A stretch of 64,000 nt of DNA from an uncultured Planctomycetota bacterium (GCA_963841915.1 CAWJEN010000006.1:1216001-1280000); one strand, 5' to 3'; shown: positions 29,408 to 38,920, counted from the stretch's first letter. Made by a program: numbers and translations. The notes: generated from the letters alone by a model not told the origin.

Positions 29408-31903
29408 ATGCCCGCCACCCAGCCGTCCCGCCGTCGTTCCGCCACCCGCAACGCCTACGCCCACCGCGCCCTCGCCGAGGCCTGCGAACCCCGCCGCCTC
29501 CTCGCCGCCCTCACCTGGGACGGCGGCGGCGACGGCGTCACCTGGGGCGATCCGCTCAACTGGTCAAACGACCTGGTGCCGGGAGCCAACGACGACGTGA
29601 CGCTCGACGTGCCGGGCGATCTGGTCGTGGAGCTGAACGGCTTCCGCACGGTCAACTCACTGGACAACGCCGAGACGATCAACGTCTCACCGGTCAGCGG
29701 CAACACCAACCTCGACCTGGCGGGCGATTCGATCAACCGCGGGACGATCAATCTGACGTCCGCCACCGGCATCGGATTCGGCGCGACGCTGCAGGGCGCT
29801 GGCACGCTGACCAATACCGGCACGATCCGTGCCGAGCCGGGGGCGCAGAGTGCCAATGCGACCCGCTCGCTGTCGGTCAACCTGCTGAATCAGGGCGAGC
29901 TCGTCGCTGACGGCGTGACGCTGCCATTTACCGGCGGGACGTTCACGCTCAACGGCGGTTCGGTCACGGGCGACGTGCCGCTGCGCGGTGCGGCCGTGAT
30001 TGCGACCAATGGCGACGGGCCGCAGACGCTGCGGTTGCAGGGCTTTAACAACCGACTCGAAGGCGACGTCGGCGCGAACGTCACCGTGTCGATGGACGCC
30101 AGCAGCCAGGGCAACGGCTTCCTGACGGTGCCGGTGGACGTGACCAACTTCGGCACGATTCGACTCAGCAGCACCTCGACCATCGGCTTCGGTTCCAACG
30201 TGCAGGTCGACGACGGCGTGACGCTGACCAACGCCGCCGGCGGGGCGATCCGGGCCAGCTCCGGCGTACAAGCGGGCGGCAGTCGGGGGCTCTCTCTGGG
30301 AACCGGCAGCGTGTTGGACAATCAAGGGCTGTTGACGGCCGACGACGCGACGAGCTTCACCGTCAGCGGCGGCACGGTGTCGACCTTCGGCACGCTCGGG
30401 GCCGAAGTGGCCGTCGATCCGCAGGATCCGTCGGCCCAACTGCAGTTCACGTCCACGGCCTTCACGATCACCGACGGCACCGCCTCGGGCGAGGTGCGTT
30501 TGTCTGCCAGCGACATCAGCCTCCTCGGCGGGACGGCGACGCTCAGCAGCGTCGGGTCGAACAACCGCCTGCTCGCCTTCGACGCCCCCGCGGCGACGCT
30601 GGTGCACAAGGCCAGCAACGTCGGCAACGCCTTCTTGACGGTGCCGGGCGACGCGACGGTCGCCGGCGAACTCGTGCTCTCTTCGAGCAGCACGATCGGG
30701 TTCGGCTCGTCGATCGACGTGTCGACCGGCGCGACGTTGACCGTCCCGGCTGGCGGGTCGATCACGGCAGAGCCCGGCGTGCAGACTACCAATTCCCAAC
30801 GGTCCATCTCGTTGGCCGCCGATGCCGCGCTGGTCGTGGGCGGCAGCCTGACGTCCGACGGCGTCGATAACTTTATCGTCAACATGGGCGACGCCGCGAC
30901 GGTCACGTCGGACGGCGAACTTCGAGGCGTCGGTGGCGAGCTCCGCTTCTCCGGCTCGAGCGCCACGATATCGCCCTTGCTCAACATCACCGGCGGCACG
31001 CTGACGGGGCAGGTCCGCGCGGGCAACAGCCTCACGCTCGACGTCTCCGGCGTCGACGGGCCTTCAGTGCTGAGCACCGCCGGCGTTGTCAACGTCAGCG
31101 GCCTGAACGCGCCAGAGCTGACGCTGCGGGTGGTCGGCTCGCAGTTCGGCAATAGCACGCTGCGGGCTGTCGGCGACGTGACGAGCAGCGCGAGCCTGGT
31201 GCTCGGTGCCGACTCGACCATCGGCTTCGCCGCGACCATTGACGTGCCGACGGGTGCCAGCTTCACCGCCACCGGACCGGTCACGGCCGAGGTCGGCGTG
31301 CAGACCTCCGGCAGCCGCGGCTTTACCGGCGAGGGCCTGTTTACCTCGGCGGGCACATTTACCGTCGACGAGAACGTCAACATCACCGGCAACGGCAACG
31401 TCCGCAACACTGGAACGCTCGTCAAGAACGCAGCCGGCCTGACGACGTTCAGCCCGAGCTTCGACAACGACGCCACCGTCGACCTCGATGCCGGGACGCT
31501 CCGCTTCAGCGGGACCACGGATCTGGAAGATCCCAATGGCGCCTTCCTCTCCGGCGGCCGCTACCTGATCGCCGACGGGGCGAGCCTTCAGACGAACCCC
31601 TTCGACAGCAACGGCATCACGTTGCTCACCGCCGAGATCGAGCTGACGGGCACGGCCGACGCCCAGCTCGACGTGCTCCGCACCAACCGCGGTGCGATCC
31701 GCCTGCTGGACGGTGCCGACCTGACGATCGACCCCAGTGGTAGCAACGGCTTCCGAAACGAGGGCATTCTTGACCTGTCCTCCACCTCCACGCTTTCCGT
31801 CGTCGGCAATGTCACCTTCGGCGGCGTGAGTCAGCCGGTGATTCGCAGCGGAGATCGCGTCGGCGGCCGACTTTGGACGCGTCGTCGTCAACGGCAGCCT
31901 TGA
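29408..31903 (+). CDS. Large secreted repeat protein, N-terminal part (extra G at 31850-31851)
   Basis: EACEPRRLL motif, TWDGGGD..W....NWS, four IGF(G/A) repeat units; continues as SEIASAADFGRVVVNG in the next frame. Confidence 0.85.
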   Translation: MPATQPSRRRSATRNAYAHRALAEACEPRRLLAALTWDGGGDGVTWGDPLNWSNDLVPGANDDVTLDVPGDLVVELNGFRTVNSLDNAETINVSPVSGNTNLDLAGDSINRGTINLTSATGIGFGATLQGAGTLTNTGTIRAEPGAQSANATRSLSVNLLNQGELVADGVTLPFTGGTFTLNGGSVTGDVPLRGAAVIATNGDGPQTLRLQGFNNRLEGDVGANVTVSMDASSQGNGFLTVPVDVTNFGTIRLSSTSTIGFGSNVQVDDGVTLTNAAGGAIRASSGVQAGGSRGLSLGTGSVLDNQGLLTADDATSFTVSGGTVSTFGTLGAEVAVDPQDPSAQLQFTSTAFTITDGTASGEVRLSASDISLLGGTATLSSVGSNNRLLAFDAPAATLVHKASNVGNAFLTVPGDATVAGELVLSSSSTIGFGSSIDVSTGATLTVPAGGSITAEPGVQTTNSQRSISLAADAALVVGGSLTSDGVDNFIVNMGDAATVTSDGELRGVGGELRFSGSSATISPLLNITGGTLTGQVRAGNSLTLDVSGVDGPSVLSTAGVVNVSGLNAPELTLRVVGSQFGNSTLRAVGDVTSSASLVLGADSTIGFAATIDVPTGASFTATGPVTAEVGVQTSGSRGFTGEGLFTSAGTFTVDENVNITGNGNVRNTGTLVKNAAGLTTFSPSFDNDATVDLDAGTLRFSGTTDLEDPNGAFLSGGRYLIADGASLQTNPFDSNGITLLTAEIELTGTADAQLDVLRTNRGAIRLLDGADLTIDPSGSNGFRNEGILDLSSTSTLSVVGNVTFGGVSQPVIRSGDRVGGRLWTRRRQRQP

Positions 31904-32006
31904 CCTCAACTCGCCGGATTCGACCTCGCGGTTTGATCCGGACCTCGTCGGCGGATTCGATCCGAACGTCGGCGACAGCTTTGCCGTCATCACCGCCAGC
32001 GGCGGC

Positions 32007-32657
32007 GTGAGCAACGGTTTCGACTCGTTCCAGGGCGGCGAGGATCCGTCAGGCGACGTGTTGGCCGTCTCGCGGCCGGATGGGCAGACGGTGGCGGTGG
32101 CGATCGTGCCGGGGCCGTTGCCGCCGGCGCCGCAGATTCTCGGACAGAGCTTCGAGTTCGAGGAACGGCTGGCCGTCACCTTCGACTTCGACCAGGACGT
32201 CTCGGCGTTCCTGTCCCGCAGCGACTACACGATCACCAACCTCGACACCGGCGAGACGCTGCCGCAGTCTGCGGGCGTCTTGTCGTTCAACACGACGAGC
32301 AACCAAGCGGTCCTAGACCTGTCGGGCGACGTGCCCAACGGCAACTACCAGCTCGTCGTCGAAGCCAGCGACATCGCCAACGGGGCAGGCGTGCCAGCCA
32401 GCGGCGAGCCGATCACGCTCGACTTCTTCGTGCTGGCCGGCGATGCGAACCGGGACCGGCAGGTGTCGATCCTCGACTTTGCCATCCTCCGCAGCAACTT
32501 CGGCTCGGCGAGCGGCACGTTCAGCCAGGGCGACTTCAACTACGACGGCCAGGTGAGCATTCTCGACTTCGCCGTCCTTCGCAGCAACTTCGGCGCGAGC
32601 CTCCCCGCACCGGCAGCCTCGCTGTTCGCGGAGGAAGAGGTCCGAAGCGTCAGGTGA
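32007..32657 (+). CDS. C-terminal part of the same protein: Ig-like module plus dockerin-like domain
   Basis: GDANRDRQVSILDFAILRSNFG...GDFNYDGQVSILDFAVLRSNFG; frame open back to about 31851. Confidence 0.85.
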   Translation: MSNGFDSFQGGEDPSGDVLAVSRPDGQTVAVAIVPGPLPPAPQILGQSFEFEERLAVTFDFDQDVSAFLSRSDYTITNLDTGETLPQSAGVLSFNTTSNQAVLDLSGDVPNGNYQLVVEASDIANGAGVPASGEPITLDFFVLAGDANRDRQVSILDFAILRSNFGSASGTFSQGDFNYDGQVSILDFAVLRSNFGASLPAPAASLFAEEEVRSVR

Positions 32658-32669
32658 GGCGGCCGAACG

Positions 32670-32685
32670 TGTTCCACGTGGAACC
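32670..32685. promoter_or_regulatory. parS: parS site
   Basis: TGTTCCACGTGGAACC, 20 nt upstream of the sulP ATG. Confidence 0.85.
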
Positions 32686-32705
32686 AAGCCGAATGCAAGG
32701 ACATC

Positions 32706-34559
32706 ATGAGCGTCACGAGCGGCGGCCCTACCCTGCCGCCCCTGCTCATGACGTTGAACGAGAACCCCCAATTCGCCCGCTCGCCGTTCCTCGGCTTCTT
32801 CAAGAAGCAGACGGCCAATGCCAAAGATGACACACTTAGCGGCTTGACCGTGGCGCTGGCGCTCGTGCCCGAAGCCGTGGCATTCGCGTTCGTGGCGGGC
32901 GTGTCGCCGATCATCGGGCTCTATTCTGCCTTCTTCATCGGGCTCATCACGGCCGTCCTGGGCGGGCGGCCGGGCATGATCAGCGGTGCCACAGGCGCGA
33001 TGGCAGTCGTGGTCGTCTCGCTCGTGGCTGACAAGGGCGTGGCCTACCTGTTCCCGGCAGTTATCCTGGCGGGCGTGTTCCAGATCGTCGTCGGCCTGCT
33101 GCGGCTTGGCATGCTCATCCGCATCGTCCCAGCTTCGGTCATGCTCGGCTTCGTCAACGGCCTGGCCATCGTCATCGGCATGGCGCAGCTCGGCAGCTTC
33201 AAAGTCCTCGGCGACGACGGCCTGCTGCACTACATGAGCAGCACGCCGCTGCTCATCATGCTGGCTTTGGTCTTCGTCACCATGCTCATCATCTGGGGCC
33301 TGCCCAAGCTCACCCGGGCCGTCCCGTCGAGCCTCGTGGCCATCGTCGTCGTTTCGCTCGCAGCCTTCGGGCTCAACGCGGCTTCGGACGGCAACCTCAC
33401 GCCGACCATTCGCGACATGCTCGTCACCAACGAACAGGCCAAGGCCGTTCGCGAAGCCAAAGCCGACCGCGTCGCCGCCAGCGTCGCCACGTACAAGGAG
33501 GAGGTCGAGCAGGAAGGCCTTCGCGTCGTGCCGACCGGTGACGTGAAGCTGCCTGCCGAGGCTGTCGGTGCCGCCATCGCGTCCGTCGACGCAGACGCCG
33601 TCGGGCTGTCGGCAGGCGTACCCAGACCCTTCTTTTTCACCGAAGACTGGTCGATCGACCAAGGCACGTTTAAGCCGTACCTGCCGGCGAACCTGCTCGA
33701 CACGCTCCTGACGATCCTGCCGTTCGCGCTCATCCTGGCGGGTGTGGGTCTGATCGAATCGCTCATGACGCTCACGCTCGTCGACGAGATCACCGAGACC
33801 CGCGGCCGCGGCAACCGCGAGTGCGTCGGCCAGGGCATTGCCAACGTCACCACCGGCCTGTTCGGCGGGATGGGTGGCTGTGCCATGATCGGACAGTCTC
33901 TGATCAACGTGAATTCCGGCGGTCGCGGTCGCTTGTCAGGCATCGTCGCTGCCGTCGCCCTGCTGCTCTTCGTGCTCGTGCTGGCGCCGCTCATCGAGCT
34001 CATCCCGATGGCGGCGTTGGTCGGTGTCATGTTCATGGTCGTCATCGGCACGTTCGAGTGGGCCACGCTGAAGATGTGGCGTCGCTTCCCGATTGCCGAC
34101 TTCTGCGTCATGCTGCTTGTCACCGGCTACACCGTCTTCATGCATGACCTGGCCACCGCCGTCATTCTCGGCGTCGCCGCGTCTGCCCTCGTCTTTGCCT
34201 GGCGGCACGCGTTCCACCTCGGCGTCGACGTCAAATACACCGACACCGGGGCCAAGCACTACCAGCTCCACGGCGCCCTCTTCTTCGGCAGCGTCACCCA
34301 CTTTGCCGACAGCTTCGACCCCATCCACGACCCCGACGAAGTGATCGTCGACTTCTACTACACGAGGGTCTACGACCAGTCGGGCCTGGAGGCGATCAAC
34401 AAGCTTTCGGAGCGATACCGCAACCTCGGCAAGAACCTCCACCTCACGCACCTCTCGCCCGAGTGCCGCCAACTGCTCGACAAGGCAGGCGAGTTCGTCG
34501 AAGTGAACATGAGCGAGGACCCGCAGTACCACGTGGCGTCGGATCGATTGTCGACCTGA
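32706..34559 (+). CDS. sulP: SulP-family anion transporter with STAS-like C-terminus
   Basis: [63 protein letters not shown]. Confidence 0.95.
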   Translation: MSVTSGGPTLPPLLMTLNENPQFARSPFLGFFKKQTANAKDDTLSGLTVALALVPEAVAFAFVAGVSPIIGLYSAFFIGLITAVLGGRPGMISGATGAMAVVVVSLVADKGVAYLFPAVILAGVFQIVVGLLRLGMLIRIVPASVMLGFVNGLAIVIGMAQLGSFKVLGDDGLLHYMSSTPLLIMLALVFVTMLIIWGLPKLTRAVPSSLVAIVVVSLAAFGLNAASDGNLTPTIRDMLVTNEQAKAVREAKADRVAASVATYKEEVEQEGLRVVPTGDVKLPAEAVGAAIASVDADAVGLSAGVPRPFFFTEDWSIDQGTFKPYLPANLLDTLLTILPFALILAGVGLIESLMTLTLVDEITETRGRGNRECVGQGIANVTTGLFGGMGGCAMIGQSLINVNSGGRGRLSGIVAAVALLLFVLVLAPLIELIPMAALVGVMFMVVIGTFEWATLKMWRRFPIADFCVMLLVTGYTVFMHDLATAVILGVAASALVFAWRHAFHLGVDVKYTDTGAKHYQLHGALFFGSVTHFADSFDPIHDPDEVIVDFYYTRVYDQSGLEAINKLSERYRNLGKNLHLTHLSPECRQLLDKAGEFVEVNMSEDPQYHVASDRLST

Positions 34560-34613
34560 TGCGCTGCGCCGCGGCGGCCGATTGGGGATCGAGAGGCGGC
34601 GGCGGAGCGGGAT

Positions 34614-34629
34614 TGTTCCACGTGGAACA
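34614..34629. promoter_or_regulatory. parS: parS site
   Basis: Perfect palindrome TGTTCCACGTGGAACA. Confidence 0.92.
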
Positions 34630-34678
34630 TTCCAAACCCCCGCCACGATCCGCCAGAGCGGTTGCCGTCGTCGGCCGA

Positions 34679-34694
34679 TGTTCCACGTGGAACC
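34679..34694. promoter_or_regulatory. parS: parS site
   Basis: TGTTCCACGTGGAACC. Confidence 0.88.
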
Positions 34695-34858
34695 ATTGCG
34701 GTCCGCCGGTGCGTAGGCGGGTCGTCCGTAGTGCGTTGTTTCGTGTGGTGCTGCTGCGGGATTTCCAACGGCTTTTGGAGGCGCAGGCGGTCGCGGTCCG
34801 TACGCCGCAATGACGCCGATCCGTTGCGCCGCCGCGGCCGCCTTCGTACCGTGCTGCC

Positions 34859-35182
34859 GTGCCGTTGCTCGACTACGAGACACCTGCCAAGAGGCCGCGT
34901 CGTCACTGGCTAAAGGCGCTGCCGATGGTCGTCGCCGTCGTCATCGTGGTGATCCTGCTTGTCGCCGCCATAGCCGTCCTGCTCGCCACCGCCACGCGAG
35001 CCGCCAGCAGCGACGAAAGCGGCCTCTCATCGGCCATCTGCATCGCCCTGTCGGTCCTGGTCTTCCTCGGCGGTGCGGCGTTGCTGGTCCAACTCACGTC
35101 TGCCGCCCGCCACGCCGCCCGCCCGCCGATTCCGAAGCGTTCAACGGCGGATTTCGTCAGGCGGTTGAAAGGCGAGGAATGA
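34859..35182 (+). CDS. Small 2-TM membrane protein
   Basis: MPLLDYETPAKRPRR then two hydrophobic helices; TACCGT 6 nt before the GTG. Confidence 0.75.
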   Translation: MPLLDYETPAKRPRRHWLKALPMVVAVVIVVILLVAAIAVLLATATRAASSDESGLSSAICIALSVLVFLGGAALLVQLTSAARHAARPPIPKRSTADFVRRLKGEE

Positions 35183-35425
35183 ATCGTGCCCGCCGCAGTC
35201 GCTTTGTGTGGCTGTACGGCAATCCGTGGGCAAGGCATGCAAGACGCCGCCCGCGCCGCACGGTGTAAGCCATCGACCGCCCAATCCGTTCGCCGATTGA
35301 ACGGTGCAGGGCACGACGCCGTACACGAAAGGTCGGCAAGCGCTGCTTGCAACCGCCGATGGTCTCGCTGTCGCACCGGAGCTGATTCGGCCGCACCTCC
35401 TTGTCTCACGCCCCACCTTGCCACT

Positions 35426-37117
35426 GTGAGTTGTTGTTTTCGATGGACCGCCTGCCTCTGCGTGGGCTTGCTGATGGCTGCGACGCCCGGCTTTGCCGCC
35501 GGGACACGCGTCGTCGTTGCCGCTACCGACACCGCCGCCTCTTCGGGTGGCAAGTACGTGAGCTTTTCCTCCCAGATCTTCGGCGGCGGGAAGGTTCACT
35601 ACGTCGCCAGCCTCAGCGGCGTCGGCTTCTTCGAACGTGCCGACGGCCTCTTCACCGTCGGCAACAACGTCACCCGCAGGGTCGCGCTCACCGGCGACAC
35701 CGCCGACACCGTCCGCGACCTTCAATACGGCGGCTTCTCCCGGCTCGGCAGCGACCGCTTCGGACAGACTTCCTTCGTCGCACCCTTGATTAGCAACGGC
35801 GGCCCCGCCTTTGCCACCGGCCTCTTCACCGATGACGGCGACCCGACGACCCGCATCATCACCGATGATCCGACGCCCGAGGGAACGCTCGCACAACTCA
35901 ACGCCTACGGCATCAACGACAACGGCCTCATCGGCCTCGTCGCCAACCAGCGAAACACCTCCGGCAACAGTCTGACGTCGATCTTCGTCTCCGATGGCGG
36001 GCCGTTGCAAACGGTGGTCGTCGGCGGCGAACTCACCTCGACGGGCACCTTCGATCTGCTGTCGGCACCGACGCCCGTTCCCGACGACGACGGCAACGTC
36101 GTCTTCAGCGCCACGCTCTTCAACAACACCGTCTCCAGCGGAAGCCGCGGCCTGTTCACCGGCAACCCGACAGTCATCAATCCCATCCTCATCACCGGCG
36201 AAAACAGCCCGTACGGCGGAACGTACGGTGATCCACAAGCCTCCTCCTTCGCCGCAGACGGCAGCTACGCCATCGTAGCCGACATGGCATCGTCGGCCGG
36301 TACCACCACGGCCTTGCTTCGCCCCGGCGCGCTCGGCGCACAACCCGTTCTTTTCGAAGGAGACACCCTTCGCAGCGGCACCTCGACCCGCACCATCGGC
36401 ACGTTCGGCCGACCGCTCGCCGCCTGCAACGGAAAGGTCGCTTTCGTCGCACAAATCGCCCCCGACGGCACGGCACCCGATCGCGACGTCATCGCCACCT
36501 ACCTGCGCGGCCAGGCTGTCGAAGTCCTTGCTGCCGACCGGCCCGGCACGCCCAGTCGCACCGCCTTCGGCAAGCTCGCTCTCAACGACCGCGGGCAACT
36601 CGTCGCCCTGCAGGTACGCAACGACTCCAAACGCGAAGTCCTCTGGTTCTTCGACCCCGTCATCGGCCTGCTCGAAGTCGATCGGGTCACAACGGCTGCG
36701 AGCGGCGTACGCAAGCTGTTCTTCGAAGACCGTGCCGCCACCATGGACGGCCTCGGCGACGACGGGCAGGTCGTTTACGTCCGCGAGTTCGATATGGGCC
36801 GGCAGGAGCTGATGCTGTGGACGCCACCGAACCTCGCCGACCTGCTGCCTGCCGACGCGAACATGGACGGCACCGTCTCGATCCTCGACTTTGCCATCCT
36901 GCGGAACAACTTCGGGAACCCGTACGCGTTCTTCACGACCGGCGACTTCAACGGCGACGGCATCGTCAGCATTCTCGACTTTGCCATCCTGCGCAGCAAC
37001 TTCGGCGGCTCCGCCGCCCAACTGGCGGCTATCGACGCATGGGCCCAAAGCGTCCCGGAACCTTCCGGCGTCGCCGGCTTGGCGGTCGTCGGCTTCCTCC
37101 TGCGTCGCCGCCGGTGA
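35426..37117 (+). CDS. PEP-CTERM surface protein with NxxGxxAF-like repeats and a dockerin-like domain
   Basis: INDNGLIGL, DDDGNVVF, CNGKVAF, LNDRGQLV, GDDGQVVY; DANMDGTVSILDF; VPEPSGVAGLAVVGFLLRRRR. Start GTG 35426 inferred from the signal peptide. Confidence 0.85.
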   Translation: MSCCFRWTACLCVGLLMAATPGFAAGTRVVVAATDTAASSGGKYVSFSSQIFGGGKVHYVASLSGVGFFERADGLFTVGNNVTRRVALTGDTADTVRDLQYGGFSRLGSDRFGQTSFVAPLISNGGPAFATGLFTDDGDPTTRIITDDPTPEGTLAQLNAYGINDNGLIGLVANQRNTSGNSLTSIFVSDGGPLQTVVVGGELTSTGTFDLLSAPTPVPDDDGNVVFSATLFNNTVSSGSRGLFTGNPTVINPILITGENSPYGGTYGDPQASSFAADGSYAIVADMASSAGTTTALLRPGALGAQPVLFEGDTLRSGTSTRTIGTFGRPLAACNGKVAFVAQIAPDGTAPDRDVIATYLRGQAVEVLAADRPGTPSRTAFGKLALNDRGQLVALQVRNDSKREVLWFFDPVIGLLEVDRVTTAASGVRKLFFEDRAATMDGLGDDGQVVYVREFDMGRQELMLWTPPNLADLLPADANMDGTVSILDFAILRNNFGNPYAFFTTGDFNGDGIVSILDFAILRSNFGGSAAQLAAIDAWAQSVPEPSGVAGLAVVGFLLRRRR

Positions 37118-37354
37118 GGCGGAAGACGGTTCATGCAAAGCACGCATCAATGGTCCGTTCGTCACGGATGCGGATGAGTGAGAAACACGTTCGGGTCCGA
37201 CAGCGGCGTGCCGCGCGGCGATCTACTCGGACAAGTGTCGTCCAAACCTGACGCGGCCGACGAACGACGATGTTGAATCTCCCAAGCAGGCGCTTGCGGC
37301 GTTGCGTCCTGAAGCTGAAGATGTTCAGGGGCGAATTTCCACCCTGGAGGAACC

Positions 37355-38920
37355 ATGACCCAAGCCCGCCGCGCCACCTGTCTCGCCCTGCTCCTTGCCG
37401 CGCCCGCCCGGGCGATCGACCTCGTCAGCCCGCGCGCTGCCGCCGTCGATCAGCCACAGATCAACGTCGCCCTGTCGCGGCCGGGGTCACCCAATGTCGC
37501 TTTGGCAGGCGATGATCCGTTCGGCGGGGAGTCGATCGTCTTCGGCGCGTTCTACGACACCGGGGCCAGCGGCATCGTCCTCGGGCCGCAGTTGGCAGAC
37601 ACACTCGGCCTGTCGCTCCAGCAGCAAAATGGCACGCCCGTCGTCTTCAGCGACGTCTCGCCGGGCGGCTTCGTCGACTACAACGTGTCTGAGCCCGTCC
37701 ACTTCAACATGGCCGACTCGCTGGGTTACCTCGACAACTCGGCCATCCGCAGCCAGCTGCTCAGCGAGCCTGGCCTGTTCCCGAACAACCTGTTCAACAC
37801 GCGGACCATGCCGCTGCGCTCGCAGGTCGGCCCGACGACTTCGGGCGGTGGGCTTTCCAGTGAGATCAACGTCGTCGGCACCCCTGCGATGAGCGGCCGC
37901 ACGATGGTCATGAATCCTGCGCCCACCAACGGCTACCTCGACTTCTATGTGGCCGTCCTCAACGGTGAGCCGATCACCGACGACGACCTCGACGTCTTCA
38001 TGCGGACGGCCAACCGCTCCAACGCACCCGTCCCGCTGCAACAGCAAACCGCGGGCAATCCGCCGCGTCAGCCCGACCACGCGATCGCCACCACGCTCGT
38101 CGACTTCTCGCGATACACCCGCATCACGCCCGGTGCCACGCCTCCCGCGCAGTCGACCAACCCGATGATCGGCCCCAGCCCCATCGACGGCACCGGCGAC
38201 GCGCCGGGCGTGCAGATCGGGCTCAACGGCAGTGTCAGCGAAGGGTCGTGGCTGTTCGACACCGGCGCTGCCGCCAGCTTCGTCAGCAGCCAGACGGCCG
38301 CCGACCTGGGCGTGAGCTACGCCGACGGTGCAGGCCCCGGCAGCGACGCACCGCGGCTCGACGGCGTGCCGCTCGATCGACAGTTCACGCTCACCATCAG
38401 CGGCATCAGTGGCAATGCCGTGGAAATTGCCGGTTTCTACGCCGACGACCTGTTGCTCCGCTCAACTGACGGCGACGTCAACAACCCGAACGACCCGGCC
38501 CACGTCCGCTTCGGCGGCGCGCCGGTGCTGATCCTCGACATCGAGCTTGCAGATCCGGACGCGGGGGAGACGATCATTCTCGACGGCATTTTGGGCATGA
38601 ATTACTTTGTCGCCAGTGCCGACTTCGAGATCCTGCCCGGCGAGTTCCTGCCGATCATCACCGACTTTGCCGAGGCCCCGTTCGAGGAGCTGACGTACAA
38701 CGGCGACACGGGCCTGATCGGCTTGAACCGTTTTGCCGACGGCCTGCCGATGGAGCAACCGTCGGGCGACCTTGATCAAGAGGCCGCCACCGCCCGCCTG
38801 CTCGCCGGCCTGGGCGGCCCCGTCCGCGGCGGTTCGATGGCAAGATTCGCCAACGTCCCGGAACCGACCTGCGGTCTGGCCGTGTTCGCTCTGTGCGGGC
38901 TACTCCGTCGGCGGCGTTGA
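37355..38920 (+). CDS. PEP-CTERM protein with two aspartic-protease (DTGA) motifs
   Basis: FYDTGASG...NVVG and LFDTGAAAS...GILG; VPEPTCGLAVFALCGLLRRRR; SD GGAGG. Confidence 0.85.
   Translation: MTQARRATCLALLLAAPARAIDLVSPRAAAVDQPQINVALSRPGSPNVALAGDDPFGGESIVFGAFYDTGASGIVLGPQLADTLGLSLQQQNGTPVVFSDVSPGGFVDYNVSEPVHFNMADSLGYLDNSAIRSQLLSEPGLFPNNLFNTRTMPLRSQVGPTTSGGGLSSEINVVGTPAMSGRTMVMNPAPTNGYLDFYVAVLNGEPITDDDLDVFMRTANRSNAPVPLQQQTAGNPPRQPDHAIATTLVDFSRYTRITPGATPPAQSTNPMIGPSPIDGTGDAPGVQIGLNGSVSEGSWLFDTGAAASFVSSQTAADLGVSYADGAGPGSDAPRLDGVPLDRQFTLTISGISGNAVEIAGFYADDLLLRSTDGDVNNPNDPAHVRFGGAPVLILDIELADPDAGETIILDGILGMNYFVASADFEILPGEFLPIITDFAEAPFEELTYNGDTGLIGLNRFADGLPMEQPSGDLDQEAATARLLAGLGGPVRGGSMARFANVPEPTCGLAVFALCGLLRRRR

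Larger units (their letters stand above)
34561..34842 (-). repeat. Twin-parS repeat element, copy B (inverted relative to copy A)
   Basis: Reverse complement aligns by eye to 6043-6315. Confidence 0.8.

Noticed and set aside
13430..31855. The two frameshifts as programmed or phase-variable switches
   Set aside because: No slippery heptamer or long homopolymer; single-base indels in short G/C runs fit sequencing error better.
21071..37006. Dockerin-coding DNA repeats as a DGR template/variable pair
   Set aside because: No reverse transcriptase in the window, and the differences are not adenine-specific.
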